Shown here piece by piece: positions 19,201 to 28,212 of a stretch of DNA of 64,000 bases. Source of the DNA: Candidatus Omnitrophota bacterium. GTDB lineage: Bacteria; Omnitrophota; Gorgyraeia; Zapsychrales; Fredricksoniimonadaceae. The stretch covers positions 2,115-66,114 of the forward strand of contig JACQCF010000024.1 in NCBI GenBank assembly GCA_016201795.1, in the 5' to 3' direction. A program made the translations under genes and the position numbers. The stretch's first letter is position 1, and the number at the start of each line of letters is the position of its first letter. The notes under the pieces are model-generated. The model was not told the origin of the DNA. It ran no database searches and saw only the letters and a program-made list of their open reading frames with translations.

Positions 19201-20577
19201 ATGAGTAAACTTTGGGGTGCACGGTTTGATAAGAAGTCTCATCCGCTGGCTGATCAATTTACCTTCAGCATTAGCTATGACTATCGTTTGGCCAAGTACG
19301 ACGTGATTGGCTCCATCGCCCATGCGCAAATGCTGGGTAAGCAGGGGATTATTCCCAAAAGCGATGCGACCAAAATCGTCGCTGGGTTAAAGAAGCTGTT
19401 GGCGCAGATTAAGTCGGGTAAGTTTAAATATGACCCTAAAGCTGAAGATATTCATACGGATATTCAAAATCGGCTTAAAGGCCTTATTGGTAAACCCGCG
19501 GATAAGTTGCACACGGCGCGTTCACGCAATGACCAGGTTGTCTTGGATGTGAAGTTATATTGTTTGGATGAAATCAATGGGCTGCTAGTCGCCATCACTG
19601 GTTTGCAAAAAGCCATAGTGGGTTTTGGCAAGAAAAATCAGGAGGTGATTATCCCGGGCTATACGCATTTGCAAGCCGCGCAAGTGGTGTTGTTGGCGCA
19701 TCATATGCTCGCTTACGTTGAAATGCTTGAACGCGACAAAACCCGGCTGCAAGGGTGTTTTATGCGGACGGACGTGACACCTTTAGGTAGTTGTGCTCTA
19801 TCTGGTACGTCACTGAAAACGGATCGCGATTATATCACTAAGCTTTTGGGTTTCGCTCAAACCGCGGTTAATAGCATGGATGCGGTCAGCGACCGAGACT
19901 TTATTGTTGAGTTAATTGCCGATTGTTCTATGGTAGCTATGCATTTATCGCGGATGAGTGAGGATTTGATTCTGTGGGCGACGAAAGAATTCGATTTTAT
20001 TGATATTGATGCTTCATTTTGCACCGGCTCATCCATCATGCCGCATAAGAAAAATCCGGACGTATTGGAATTGATGCGGGGGACATCCGGTAAAATTTTC
20101 GGCCATTTGACTGAAATCTTGGTTTTATTAAAGGGTTTGCCATTGGCCTATAATCGGGATTTACAGTTGGATAAGCCGCCGTTATTTGATACGGCGGAAA
20201 CCACACAAAATATGCTTAGCGTTATGGCGGAATTATTTGCTAATTTGAAAGTCAAAAAGGACAAGGTAGCCAAGCGCATCCATGATGAGAGTTTCTTTAC
20301 GGTGGATGTGATGGAGTATTTAATCAAAAAGGGCGCGTCTCATCGGGACGCCCACGATGTTTTAGGCAAAATGGTTAAGGAGTGTTTGGACAAAGGCATT
20401 GCCTTATCATCGTTAAGTACTGTTCGTTTAAAAAGTTATCACCCGTATTTTGCCGAGGATGTAAAAAAACTTTTCAATCCTCAAACGTCTGTTAAAATTA
20501 AAATTTCGTTGGGATCGACGAATCCTAATTTAGTTGCTCAACAATTACAACAGTGGAGTAAGAAATTACATGCATGA
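19201..20577 (+). CDS. argH: argininosuccinate lyase
   Basis: LWGARF, RSRNDQ, GSSIMPHKKNPD. Confidence 0.97.
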   Translation: MSKLWGARFDKKSHPLADQFTFSISYDYRLAKYDVIGSIAHAQMLGKQGIIPKSDATKIVAGLKKLLAQIKSGKFKYDPKAEDIHTDIQNRLKGLIGKPADKLHTARSRNDQVVLDVKLYCLDEINGLLVAITGLQKAIVGFGKKNQEVIIPGYTHLQAAQVVLLAHHMLAYVEMLERDKTRLQGCFMRTDVTPLGSCALSGTSLKTDRDYITKLLGFAQTAVNSMDAVSDRDFIVELIADCSMVAMHLSRMSEDLILWATKEFDFIDIDASFCTGSSIMPHKKNPDVLELMRGTSGKIFGHLTEILVLLKGLPLAYNRDLQLDKPPLFDTAETTQNMLSVMAELFANLKVKKDKVAKRIHDESFFTVDVMEYLIKKGASHRDAHDVLGKMVKECLDKGIALSSLSTVRLKSYHPYFAEDVKKLFNPQTSVKIKISLGSTNPNLVAQQLQQWSKKLHA

Positions 20578-21832
20578 TTTTCATTTTAAAAATAATGAAT
20601 TATTTTGTGAGAACGTGAAGGTGTCGGCGGTCGCCAAATCCGTCGGTACGCCGTTTTATTTGTATAGTTACAAGACTTTAACGGATCATTTCTTAAAGAT
20701 GCAGAGGGCTTTTGCAAGGATAAATCCAATGATCTGCTTTGCCATGAAATCCAATGGCAATTTGGCCGTCATTAAAAGTTTGGTGGATTTAGGCGCAGGC
20801 ATTGATATTGTTTCCGTTGGTGAGCTTAAGAAAGCATTGCGGGTAGGGGCTGATTCTAAAAAGATTGTTTTCGCATCCGTCGGAAAAACCGAGGAAGAAA
20901 TTGCCTTTGCCATCAAAGCAGGCATTTTGCTTTTTAACGTGGAAAGCGAGCCTGAGCTTTTAGAAATCAACCGCATTGCCAGGAGAATGAAAAGACAAGT
21001 GCAGGCGGCCTTGCGTATCAATCCCGATGTGCCGGCGCCGACGCATGAATATACCAACACTGGATCTTTAAAAAAGAAGTTTGGAATTGATTTAAGGACA
21101 ACGAGGCAGATTTTTAGGTCCCAGAAGAAATATTCCAACGTTAAGATGAGCGGCGTGCATATTCACATCGGTTCACAGATTACTTCAGGGGGGCCGTTTG
21201 TCGGCGCTATCAAGAAGGTGGCAGCGTTTATTGATGACTTACGTGAGGAAGGAATTGATATCGAGTATTTGGATATTGGTGGGGGCCTGGGGATTATTTA
21301 TAAGGATGAAACGCCGCAAACCGCCCAGGAATATGCCAATAAAGTACTCCCTATCCTGGAGAAGACGGGCTTGAAGATTATTATGGAGCCGGGCCGTTTC
21401 ATTGTCGGTAATGCCGGCATCTTTGTGACCAAGGTGCTTTATTTGAAAGACAATGGGTATAAGAAATTTTTTATCGTTGACGGGGGTATGAATGATTTAA
21501 TCCGTCCGTCGCTTTACGATGCTTATCACGAAATTGTACCGGTTAAGCAAACCAGGGCGTCTAAGATTAAGGTGGATGTGGTCGGGCCCATCTGCGAAAG
21601 TGGGGATTTTTTTGCGCATGATCGCTTGCTGGCGAAGGTCAACAAGGGTGATTTGCTGGCGGTCATGAGCGCCGGGGCTTACGGTTATGTGATGGCCAGC
21701 AATTATAATATCAGAGGCCGCGTGCCGGAAGTGATGGTTCGCGGTAACAAATTTGAAATTGTCAAAGAGCGTGAGACGTTTAAAGATTTAATGCGAGGGG
21801 AAAGACTCCCTCGATTTTTACGAACCTCGTAG
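20570..21832 (+). CDS. lysA: diaminopimelate decarboxylase
   Basis: FAMKSN, HIGSQI, EPGR, GPICESGD, GAYG; ATG at 20570 overlaps the argH end. Confidence 0.96.
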   Translation: MHDFHFKNNELFCENVKVSAVAKSVGTPFYLYSYKTLTDHFLKMQRAFARINPMICFAMKSNGNLAVIKSLVDLGAGIDIVSVGELKKALRVGADSKKIVFASVGKTEEEIAFAIKAGILLFNVESEPELLEINRIARRMKRQVQAALRINPDVPAPTHEYTNTGSLKKKFGIDLRTTRQIFRSQKKYSNVKMSGVHIHIGSQITSGGPFVGAIKKVAAFIDDLREEGIDIEYLDIGGGLGIIYKDETPQTAQEYANKVLPILEKTGLKIIMEPGRFIVGNAGIFVTKVLYLKDNGYKKFFIVDGGMNDLIRPSLYDAYHEIVPVKQTRASKIKVDVVGPICESGDFFAHDRLLAKVNKGDLLAVMSAGAYGYVMASNYNIRGRVPEVMVRGNKFEIVKERETFKDLMRGERLPRFLRTS

Positions 21833-21942
21833 GTTCGGAGAGGCTATACGTACGAACGGGTGGCCGAGGGAGGGGATCCCCATCGACCACAGGGACGAGG
21901 ACGATGGGGAAGCCCGAGGACAGGACCCGTAAGATAGGCGCT

Positions 21943-22794
21943 ATGATCAAAATACCTTTTGTAAAGATGGTCGGGGCGGGCAATGATTTTATTGTTATCG
22001 AAGCTCAGCCTAAGTTAGATTATACCAAGTTAGCTAAAGAGGCCTGTGCCCGTCAAACCGGCATTGGTGCCGACGGAGTTTTGATTTTTGAGAAATCCAA
22101 GACTTCGGATTATCGCATGCGCATCATCAATGCCGACGGCTCTGAGGCCGAGATGTGCGGCAACGGGGCCCGTTGCATGGCAGCCTATATTGTGGCCAAT
22201 GATAAGCCGACCAAAGTTTTGTTTGGCATGGAAACGTTGGCCGGGGAAGTTTTAGGAGAAGCTCAAGGCGAGCTGGCCAGAGTACGTCTATCTAATCCCA
22301 AAGATTATATGGCAGGTTTAAATATTACGGTGGCTGGCAGAAAAATGACGGTGGACCACATTGATACCGGTGTTCCGCACACGATTGTTTTTGTCGATGG
22401 ATTGCAGGAAGTGGACGTTAACACTTTAGGCCGCTTGATTCGCAATCATCCGCGGTTTGCGCCGCGCGGTACTAACGTGAATTTTGTCGAGGTTGCTTCT
22501 CCGGCAGGCGGGAAGTCTTCCAATAGCATGGTGGCGGTGCGTACCTACGAGCGTGGAGTGGAGGGGGAAACTTTAGCTTGTGGCACAGGGGCAGTGGCCG
22601 CGGCGATTGTGTCCTATCTGCACACGCACCCGAAAGTTAAAGAACAAAAAGGTGCAGTGATGAAGGTGTCGACCACCGGCAAGGAAATTTTGGAAATCAC
22701 CTTTGATTTGCATGAAGGAAACAAGATTGATAATGTGTGGCTTAAAGGCACGGCGAAGGTCATCGCCAGAGGAGAATATTATTACCATGGATAG
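21943..22794 (+). CDS. dapF: diaminopimelate epimerase
   Basis: GAGNDF, EMCGNGARC, ERG.EGETLACGTG. Confidence 0.96.
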   Translation: MIKIPFVKMVGAGNDFIVIEAQPKLDYTKLAKEACARQTGIGADGVLIFEKSKTSDYRMRIINADGSEAEMCGNGARCMAAYIVANDKPTKVLFGMETLAGEVLGEAQGELARVRLSNPKDYMAGLNITVAGRKMTVDHIDTGVPHTIVFVDGLQEVDVNTLGRLIRNHPRFAPRGTNVNFVEVASPAGGKSSNSMVAVRTYERGVEGETLACGTGAVAAAIVSYLHTHPKVKEQKGAVMKVSTTGKEILEITFDLHEGNKIDNVWLKGTAKVIARGEYYYHG

Positions 22795-23677
22795 AACGAA
22801 ATTTCACGGTGCAATCACGGCTCTGGTAACACCATTTATGAGCAACGGTATTGATGAGGCTGCTTACAAAAAGCTCATTGAGTGGCAGATATCGCAAGGC
22901 ATTCATGGTTTGGTGCCTTGCGGTACAACAGGCGAATCTCCCACACTTTCCGAGAAGGAGCATGAGCGGGTGATTGAAATTTGTGTGCAAGCTGCCGGTA
23001 AAAGAGTGCCTGTGATTGCCGGTACAGGTTCTAACTCGACGGCAGAAGCCGTGCATATGACCAAACATGCAGCTAAGGTTGGTGCGGATGCAGTCTTGGT
23101 AGTTACTCCGTATTACAATAAACCCACCAGTAAGGGTATTTATTTGCATTATAAGGCCATCGGCGAATGCACCAATATTCCTATCATTCTCTATAATATC
23201 GCCGGACGCACAGGCAAGAATATAGATCCGGAGTTGATGGCCAGGCTTGCCGGTATAAAAAATATTATCGGCGTTAAAGAAGCTTCGGGGAATCTGGAAC
23301 AGATCAAGCGCATCCGTGAGTTGTGTCCTAAGGATTTTCTATTGATTTCAGGAGACGATGGCTTGACTTTGCCCATTATGTCCATGGGTGGAGTAGGAGT
23401 TATCTCGGTGGCCTCCAACATTGTGCCTAAAGATGTGGCAGGGCTGGTTAATGCTTTTAACAAAGGTGATAGGCCTAAAGCTGAAGCTATCAATACAAAA
23501 CTGCTTCCCTTGATAGAGGTTTTATTTATTGAAACCAATCCTATTCCGGTCAAGACAGCAACAGCGCTGATGGGCTTATGTTCTGGGACGATGCGTTTGC
23601 CGATGTGTGATATGGAAGAGGAGAATCTTGTTAAATTGAAAGCTGCGTTAATCAATTACGGTTTGTTGAAAAAATAG
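22787..23677 (+). CDS. dapA: 4-hydroxy-tetrahydrodipicolinate synthase
   Basis: GTTGES, PYYNKP, GVKEASG, ETNPIPVK; ATG 22787 after GGAG RBS. Confidence 0.97.
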   Translation: MDRTKFHGAITALVTPFMSNGIDEAAYKKLIEWQISQGIHGLVPCGTTGESPTLSEKEHERVIEICVQAAGKRVPVIAGTGSNSTAEAVHMTKHAAKVGADAVLVVTPYYNKPTSKGIYLHYKAIGECTNIPIILYNIAGRTGKNIDPELMARLAGIKNIIGVKEASGNLEQIKRIRELCPKDFLLISGDDGLTLPIMSMGGVGVISVASNIVPKDVAGLVNAFNKGDRPKAEAINTKLLPLIEVLFIETNPIPVKTATALMGLCSGTMRLPMCDMEEENLVKLKAALINYGLLKK

Positions 23678-23683
23678 ATGTAT

Positions 23684-23768
23684 TTCCCTCCCTTGATGGG
23701 AGGGATTAAGGGAGGGTGATTAAAAAGCTTATCACCCCCACCTAGCCTCCCCCATTAAGGGGAAGGAA
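23684..23768. repeat. GC-rich palindromic REP-like element (CCCTCCCTTGATGGGAGGG family)
   Basis: Nested inverted repeats fill the dapA-dapB spacer. Confidence 0.7.
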
Positions 23769-23785
23769 AAAGGTAAGGAATTCAA

Positions 23786-24505
23786 ATGATTAGACTCGCT
23801 GTTTCCGGTTGCCAGGGCCGTATGGGCCAAAGAATCACTGCTTTGGCTCTCAACGATAAAATGTTTAAAATATCGACCCTGTTAGAGAATAAGGATCGCC
23901 CTGATGTGCCTGAGATGGTCTGCCATATCCCTGTTAGTTTTGATTCAGACAAACTCAAAGGCTCTGATGTGTTGATTGAATTTACCTCACCTGAAGCCAC
24001 TCTGGAGCATTTGAAGGCTTGCCAGAAGTACGGCGTCAACATGGTTATCGGCACCACGGGTTTGACTCCAGCTCAAATAACTCAGGTTAAAAAAGCGGCC
24101 AGTAAGATTGCTATTGTGTTTTCTTCCAATATGTCTGTCGGCGTGAATCTGGTGTTTGCTCTCATCCGACGTACGGCGCAGGTGACGGGCAAGAATTATG
24201 AAATCCGTTTGACGGAAACCCATCACGTTCATAAGAAAGATGCGCCTTCCGGGACAGCCAAGACCATGGCGGGAATCGCCGGGCAGTTTTCCAAAGCCAA
24301 GGTCAAAGATATCGAATCTATCCGCGAGGGCGAGGTCATCGGTGATCATACGATTTCTTTTGAAAGCCCGGTGGATTTGATTTCCATTCATCACCATGCT
24401 AAAACCCGCGACATTTTTGCCGAAGGGTCATTGGTTGCTGCGAAATTCCTTTCTAAGAAAAAGAAGGGGTTATATAACATGCAAGATGTGTTAGGGGTTA
24501 TATGA
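23786..24505 (+). CDS. dapB: 4-hydroxy-tetrahydrodipicolinate reductase
   Basis: GRMG, IGTTG, ETHHVHKKDAPSGTA. Confidence 0.97.
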   Translation: MIRLAVSGCQGRMGQRITALALNDKMFKISTLLENKDRPDVPEMVCHIPVSFDSDKLKGSDVLIEFTSPEATLEHLKACQKYGVNMVIGTTGLTPAQITQVKKAASKIAIVFSSNMSVGVNLVFALIRRTAQVTGKNYEIRLTETHHVHKKDAPSGTAKTMAGIAGQFSKAKVKDIESIREGEVIGDHTISFESPVDLISIHHHAKTRDIFAEGSLVAAKFLSKKKKGLYNMQDVLGVI

Positions 24506-25659
24506 TTGAATTTTCCGATCGTTTAAAAGCATTGCCGCCGTATTTATTCGTTGAGATTGACAAAGCCAAGCGTGAGGCCATAGCGCAGGGCCGTGATGTG
24601 ATCAATTTAGGCGTGGGGGACCCCGACCAGCGTACCCATCAGCCCATTATTGACGCGATGAAAAAGGCCCTTGAGGATGCTAACAATCATCACTATCCTT
24701 TTGACGCCGGCGTGCCGCAGCTAAGAGTTGAGATTGCTCAATGGTTTAAGAAACGTTTTGGGGTGGATTTGGATCCAGCGACGGAGCTTTATCCCTTAAT
24801 CGGCTCCAAAGAAGGCATTGCCCATTTGCCGTTGGGGGTTATCAATGGCGGCGACAAAGTGCTTTTGACTCAACCGGCTTATCCGGCGTACCAGGCGGCT
24901 GTGACCTTTGCCGGCGGTAAAATTCAATATTTGTCCTTAAAAGCCGGCAACGGGTGGTTGCCTAAGATGGAAGATATTGAGAAGGCCAAAAATGCCAAAG
25001 CGATTTTTGTCTGCTATCCGAATAATCCTACGTCGGCGACCGTAGATAAAAAGTTTTATGAGGATTTGGTGGCGGTTTGCCGCGCCAAAGGCATGATCAT
25101 TGTTTCTGATTTGGCTTATTCTGAAGTCTATTACGATGGTATTAAGCCGCCCAGTATATTAGAGGTAGACGGGGCCAAGGATATTGCCATCGAATTCCAT
25201 TCGTTCTCCAAGACTTATTACATGACCGGCTGGCGCCTGGGCTGGGCCTGCGGCAATTCGATGCTGGTGGCGGCTTTGGCGAAAGTCAAGTCCAACTGCG
25301 ATTCAGGAGTTTTTAATGCCGTTCAATACGCCGGTATCGCGGCTTTGCATATGGATGGGCGTGATATCGACGATATGCGTGCCGAATACCAAACCCGCCG
25401 TGAAGCGCTCATCAATGGTTTACGCTCTATTGGCTGGAAAATAGCTGCGCCTCAAGCAACCTTTTACGTCTGGGCCAAAATTCCGTCGAAATTCAACGAT
25501 TCCATGGAATGCGCTAAAGTATTTCTGGATCAAGCCGATATCGTGGTCACGCCTGGCATTGGTTTCGGAAAGGCCGGTGAGGGTTATGTGCGTATGGCCC
25601 TGACCGTATCAACACAACGCATTCATCAAGCTGTTGAGCGGATCAAGAAAATTTTATGA
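24502..25659 (+). CDS. dapL: LL-diaminopimelate aminotransferase (class I PLP aminotransferase)
   Basis: LPPYLF, LGVGDPD, IGSKEG, SFSKTYYMTGWRLG; dap context. Confidence 0.85.
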   Translation: MIEFSDRLKALPPYLFVEIDKAKREAIAQGRDVINLGVGDPDQRTHQPIIDAMKKALEDANNHHYPFDAGVPQLRVEIAQWFKKRFGVDLDPATELYPLIGSKEGIAHLPLGVINGGDKVLLTQPAYPAYQAAVTFAGGKIQYLSLKAGNGWLPKMEDIEKAKNAKAIFVCYPNNPTSATVDKKFYEDLVAVCRAKGMIIVSDLAYSEVYYDGIKPPSILEVDGAKDIAIEFHSFSKTYYMTGWRLGWACGNSMLVAALAKVKSNCDSGVFNAVQYAGIAALHMDGRDIDDMRAEYQTRREALINGLRSIGWKIAAPQATFYVWAKIPSKFNDSMECAKVFLDQADIVVTPGIGFGKAGEGYVRMALTVSTQRIHQAVERIKKIL

Positions 25660-26084
25660 TGGCCACTGTTTATCTTGCCCTTGGTTCCAATCTTGGTGAT
25701 CGTCGTCGATATCTTCAAAGAGCTATTGAGGAACTAAAAAGCAACGGCGTGGTGGTGCGTAAAGTTTCTACTATCATTGAGACTTTTCCGGTGGGCGGCC
25801 CGCCGCAAGACAAATACCTCAACGCCGTCTTAAAAGCGTACACATTCTTGTCGCCCGAAGAATTATATGTCACCACTCGATCCATCGAGCATAAACTCGG
25901 ACGCGTGCGCGAGATCAAAAACGGCCCACGGGTTATTGATATCGACATTCTGCTTTACGGAGATTTGAAATTGGTCAGCCGTCGTCTGGTCATTCCGCAT
26001 CCGTATATGATCGAGCGCGAATTTGTGATGAAACCTTTGGAAGAAATTGATCCTAATATAGTTGTGTCATTGCGAACGAAGTGA
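25656..26084 (+). CDS. folK: 2-amino-4-hydroxy-6-hydroxymethyldihydropteridine diphosphokinase
   Basis: LGSNLGD, GPRVIDIDIL, IPHP, REFV. Confidence 0.95.
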   Translation: MMATVYLALGSNLGDRRRYLQRAIEELKSNGVVVRKVSTIIETFPVGGPPQDKYLNAVLKAYTFLSPEELYVTTRSIEHKLGRVREIKNGPRVIDIDILLYGDLKLVSRRLVIPHPYMIEREFVMKPLEEIDPNIVVSLRTK

Positions 26085-26133
26085 AGCAATCTTTTAAAAG
26101 ATTACTTCGTCGCTCCGCTCCTCGTAATGACAC
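26064..26133. repeat. palindromic REP-like element, copy 2 (opposite orientation; overlaps the folK 3' end)
   Basis: GTGTCATTGCGA...GAAGCAATC/GATTACTTC...CTCGTAATGACAC. Confidence 0.8.
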
Positions 26134-26142
26134 TATAAATTT

Positions 26143-27012
26143 ATGCGCATCATTACTTCGATAACACAACTGCGAAAAGTTTTGAATCAAGTCCGTCGTA
26201 AAGGCAAAACCATCGGCTTTGTTCCGACGATGGGGTATTTCCACGAAGGCCATTTGTCTTTGATGCGTCAGGCCAAAAGGGATACTGATCTGTGCGTAGT
26301 GAGTATTTATGTGAATCCTGCCCAATTTGGCCCCCAGGAAGATTTTAAGAAATACCCTCGAGACCTTAAGCGTGACTCGTCGATGGCACGAAAAGAAAAT
26401 GTTGACATTCTTTTTGTTCCGTCGGATAATGTCATCTACTCTGAAGGCTATTTGACATACATCGACGTAGAAAAAATTTCCCAATGGCTGTGCGGTCGTT
26501 TTCGCCCTGGGCATTTTAAAGGGGTAGCGACGATTGTCGCTAAACTTTTGAACATCGTTTGGCCGGATGTCCTGTATCTGGGACAAAAAGATGCCCAACA
26601 GGTGGCGGTGCTTAAGGCGATGGTGCGGGATTTGAATTTCCCCCTGAAAGTTAAGGTGGTGGCAACCAAGCGCGAAGCCGACGGGCTGGCGATGAGCTCG
26701 CGTAACAAGTATCTTTTGTCTGACCATCGCCGGCAAGCCCCCGTGCTTTACCGGGCGCTGCAACAAGCCAGGAGGATGGTTAAATCCGGCGAGCATTCAT
26801 CGGCAAAAATTAAAGCGATGATTCAATCCATGATCAAGCACCAATCATCGGGGAAAATTCAATACGTCGCATGTGTGCATACGGATACTCTTCAAGAGCT
26901 TAAAACTCTTGAAGGAAAAATATTGATTGCTTTAGCGGTCTTCTTCGGTAAAACCAGACTCATTGATAATGTGGTTATTCGCCTTCATGCACGCAAGCAA
27001 CACAAAAGTTAG
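26143..27012 (+). CDS. panC: pantoate--beta-alanine ligase
   Basis: PTMGYFHEGH, RPGHF, GQKDAQQ, GLAMSSRN, RLIDN. Confidence 0.97.
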   Translation: MRIITSITQLRKVLNQVRRKGKTIGFVPTMGYFHEGHLSLMRQAKRDTDLCVVSIYVNPAQFGPQEDFKKYPRDLKRDSSMARKENVDILFVPSDNVIYSEGYLTYIDVEKISQWLCGRFRPGHFKGVATIVAKLLNIVWPDVLYLGQKDAQQVAVLKAMVRDLNFPLKVKVVATKREADGLAMSSRNKYLLSDHRRQAPVLYRALQQARRMVKSGEHSSAKIKAMIQSMIKHQSSGKIQYVACVHTDTLQELKTLEGKILIALAVFFGKTRLIDNVVIRLHARKQHKS

Positions 27013-27814
27013 AATCGGTATATTGGGCTGCGGGGCCATCGGCTCGAGAATCGCCCGCAGCATCAAGACAGAATGCAAAGATTTAGCTTCTGTCACGGCG
27101 CTGTTCGACATCAATCCCGCCAAATCTGTCAATCTTCAAAAATATCTTCCTCAAAAAAATATTGTTCAACATTCCTACGCGCAATTGTTAGACCATTGCA
27201 ATTTGGTGGTGGAAGCGGTCAATGCGCCGGATACCTACGAATTAATTCGCGGTGCGCTGCTTGCCAAAAAAGATATTTTGGTGATGAGTGTGGGTAAACT
27301 TCTTGACGGGCAAGCTATTTTGAAATTAGCCCAGGTCCAAGGCTGCCGTCTGTTAATCCCCTCAGGCGCTATTGCTGGCATTGATGCTATCAAAGCCGCC
27401 AGCCTCGGCAGAATTCAACAGCTTACGCTCACCACGCGCAAACCCATTTATGGTTTTGCCGATAATACCTATATTCAGCACAAACGCATTAACCTTTCGC
27501 GGATTAATAGAGAAACGGTTTTATTCAACGGCAATGTCAAGGAAGCCGTGCGATGTTTTCCGCAGAATATCAATGTGGCGGCCACCATTGCGCTGGCTTC
27601 TTCGGCGAAAGATAAAATGCGTATTCGCATTACGACATCGCCGGAATTTAAAGTTAATTCCCATGAGATTGAGATGGTCGGCGAATTCGGCAGGCTTTTG
27701 ACCAGGACGGAAAATGTGGTCTGCCCGGATAACCCCAAGACTAGTTATCTGGCTGTTTTATCGGCGATTGTGACGCTCAAGCAGTATTTGGGACAGGTGA
27801 GAATTGGTACTTAA
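26987..27814 (+). CDS. nadX: L-aspartate dehydrogenase
   Basis: GCGAIG, PSGAIAGID, FPQNINVAA, NPKTSYLA. Confidence 0.9.
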   Translation: MHASNTKVRIGILGCGAIGSRIARSIKTECKDLASVTALFDINPAKSVNLQKYLPQKNIVQHSYAQLLDHCNLVVEAVNAPDTYELIRGALLAKKDILVMSVGKLLDGQAILKLAQVQGCRLLIPSGAIAGIDAIKAASLGRIQQLTLTTRKPIYGFADNTYIQHKRINLSRINRETVLFNGNVKEAVRCFPQNINVAATIALASSAKDKMRIRITTSPEFKVNSHEIEMVGEFGRLLTRTENVVCPDNPKTSYLAVLSAIVTLKQYLGQVRIGT

Positions 27815-27862
27815 TCATCTGTGTCATTATGTAAGTTAATAAACAGAAAGGGGGGTGAATGT

Positions 27863-28132
27863 ATGGCTTCAAAAAAAGTTGCTAAAGTCGGTATCAAGAA
27901 GGCAAAAGGTTACCTGTACTTCTTGGACAAGCACGGGGATATCTCCTGTGCCAAAATGGCCCGCGGTGGCAGCAAAGGCGGTGCATCTAAGAAAGTCGCC
28001 AAGGTCGGTGTGAGAAGAGAAGAAGGTTATCTTTATTTCATCGATAAGCAAGGAGACGTTTCCTGTGCCAAAATGGTTCGCGGTGGGACACGCAAAAAGA
28101 AGTCCGCTAGAAGGACCAAGAGACGTAAATAA
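27863..28132 (+). CDS. small basic protein with two 39-aa repeats, putative nucleoid/DNA-binding protein
   Basis: Strong RBS, two ASKKVAKVG...GYLYF.DK.GD.SCAKM.RGG units, Lys/Arg tail, own terminator. Confidence 0.75.
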   Translation: MASKKVAKVGIKKAKGYLYFLDKHGDISCAKMARGGSKGGASKKVAKVGVRREEGYLYFIDKQGDVSCAKMVRGGTRKKKSARRTKRRK

Positions 28133-28155
28133 TCTCGCTATGGCGTGATTATCCC

Positions 28156-28195
28156 ATAACCCCTGTACTTTTTTATGGTACAGGGGTTATTCTTT
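28156..28195 (+). terminator. probable intrinsic terminator
   Basis: ATAACCCCTGTAC...GTACAGGGGTTAT hairpin then T-rich tail. Confidence 0.65.
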
Positions 28196-28212
28196 ATATA
28201 GAATAGGCCTCT

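Noticed and set aside
22490-22525. Extra ASPAGGKSS segment in DapF resembling a CCGGCAGGC repeat inserted in frame
   Set aside because: Too short and degenerate to distinguish from ordinary loop variation without ortholog alignment
26053-26796. 247-aa minus-strand ORF
   Set aside because: Antisense shadow of panC that ends in a repeat element; no recognisable motif
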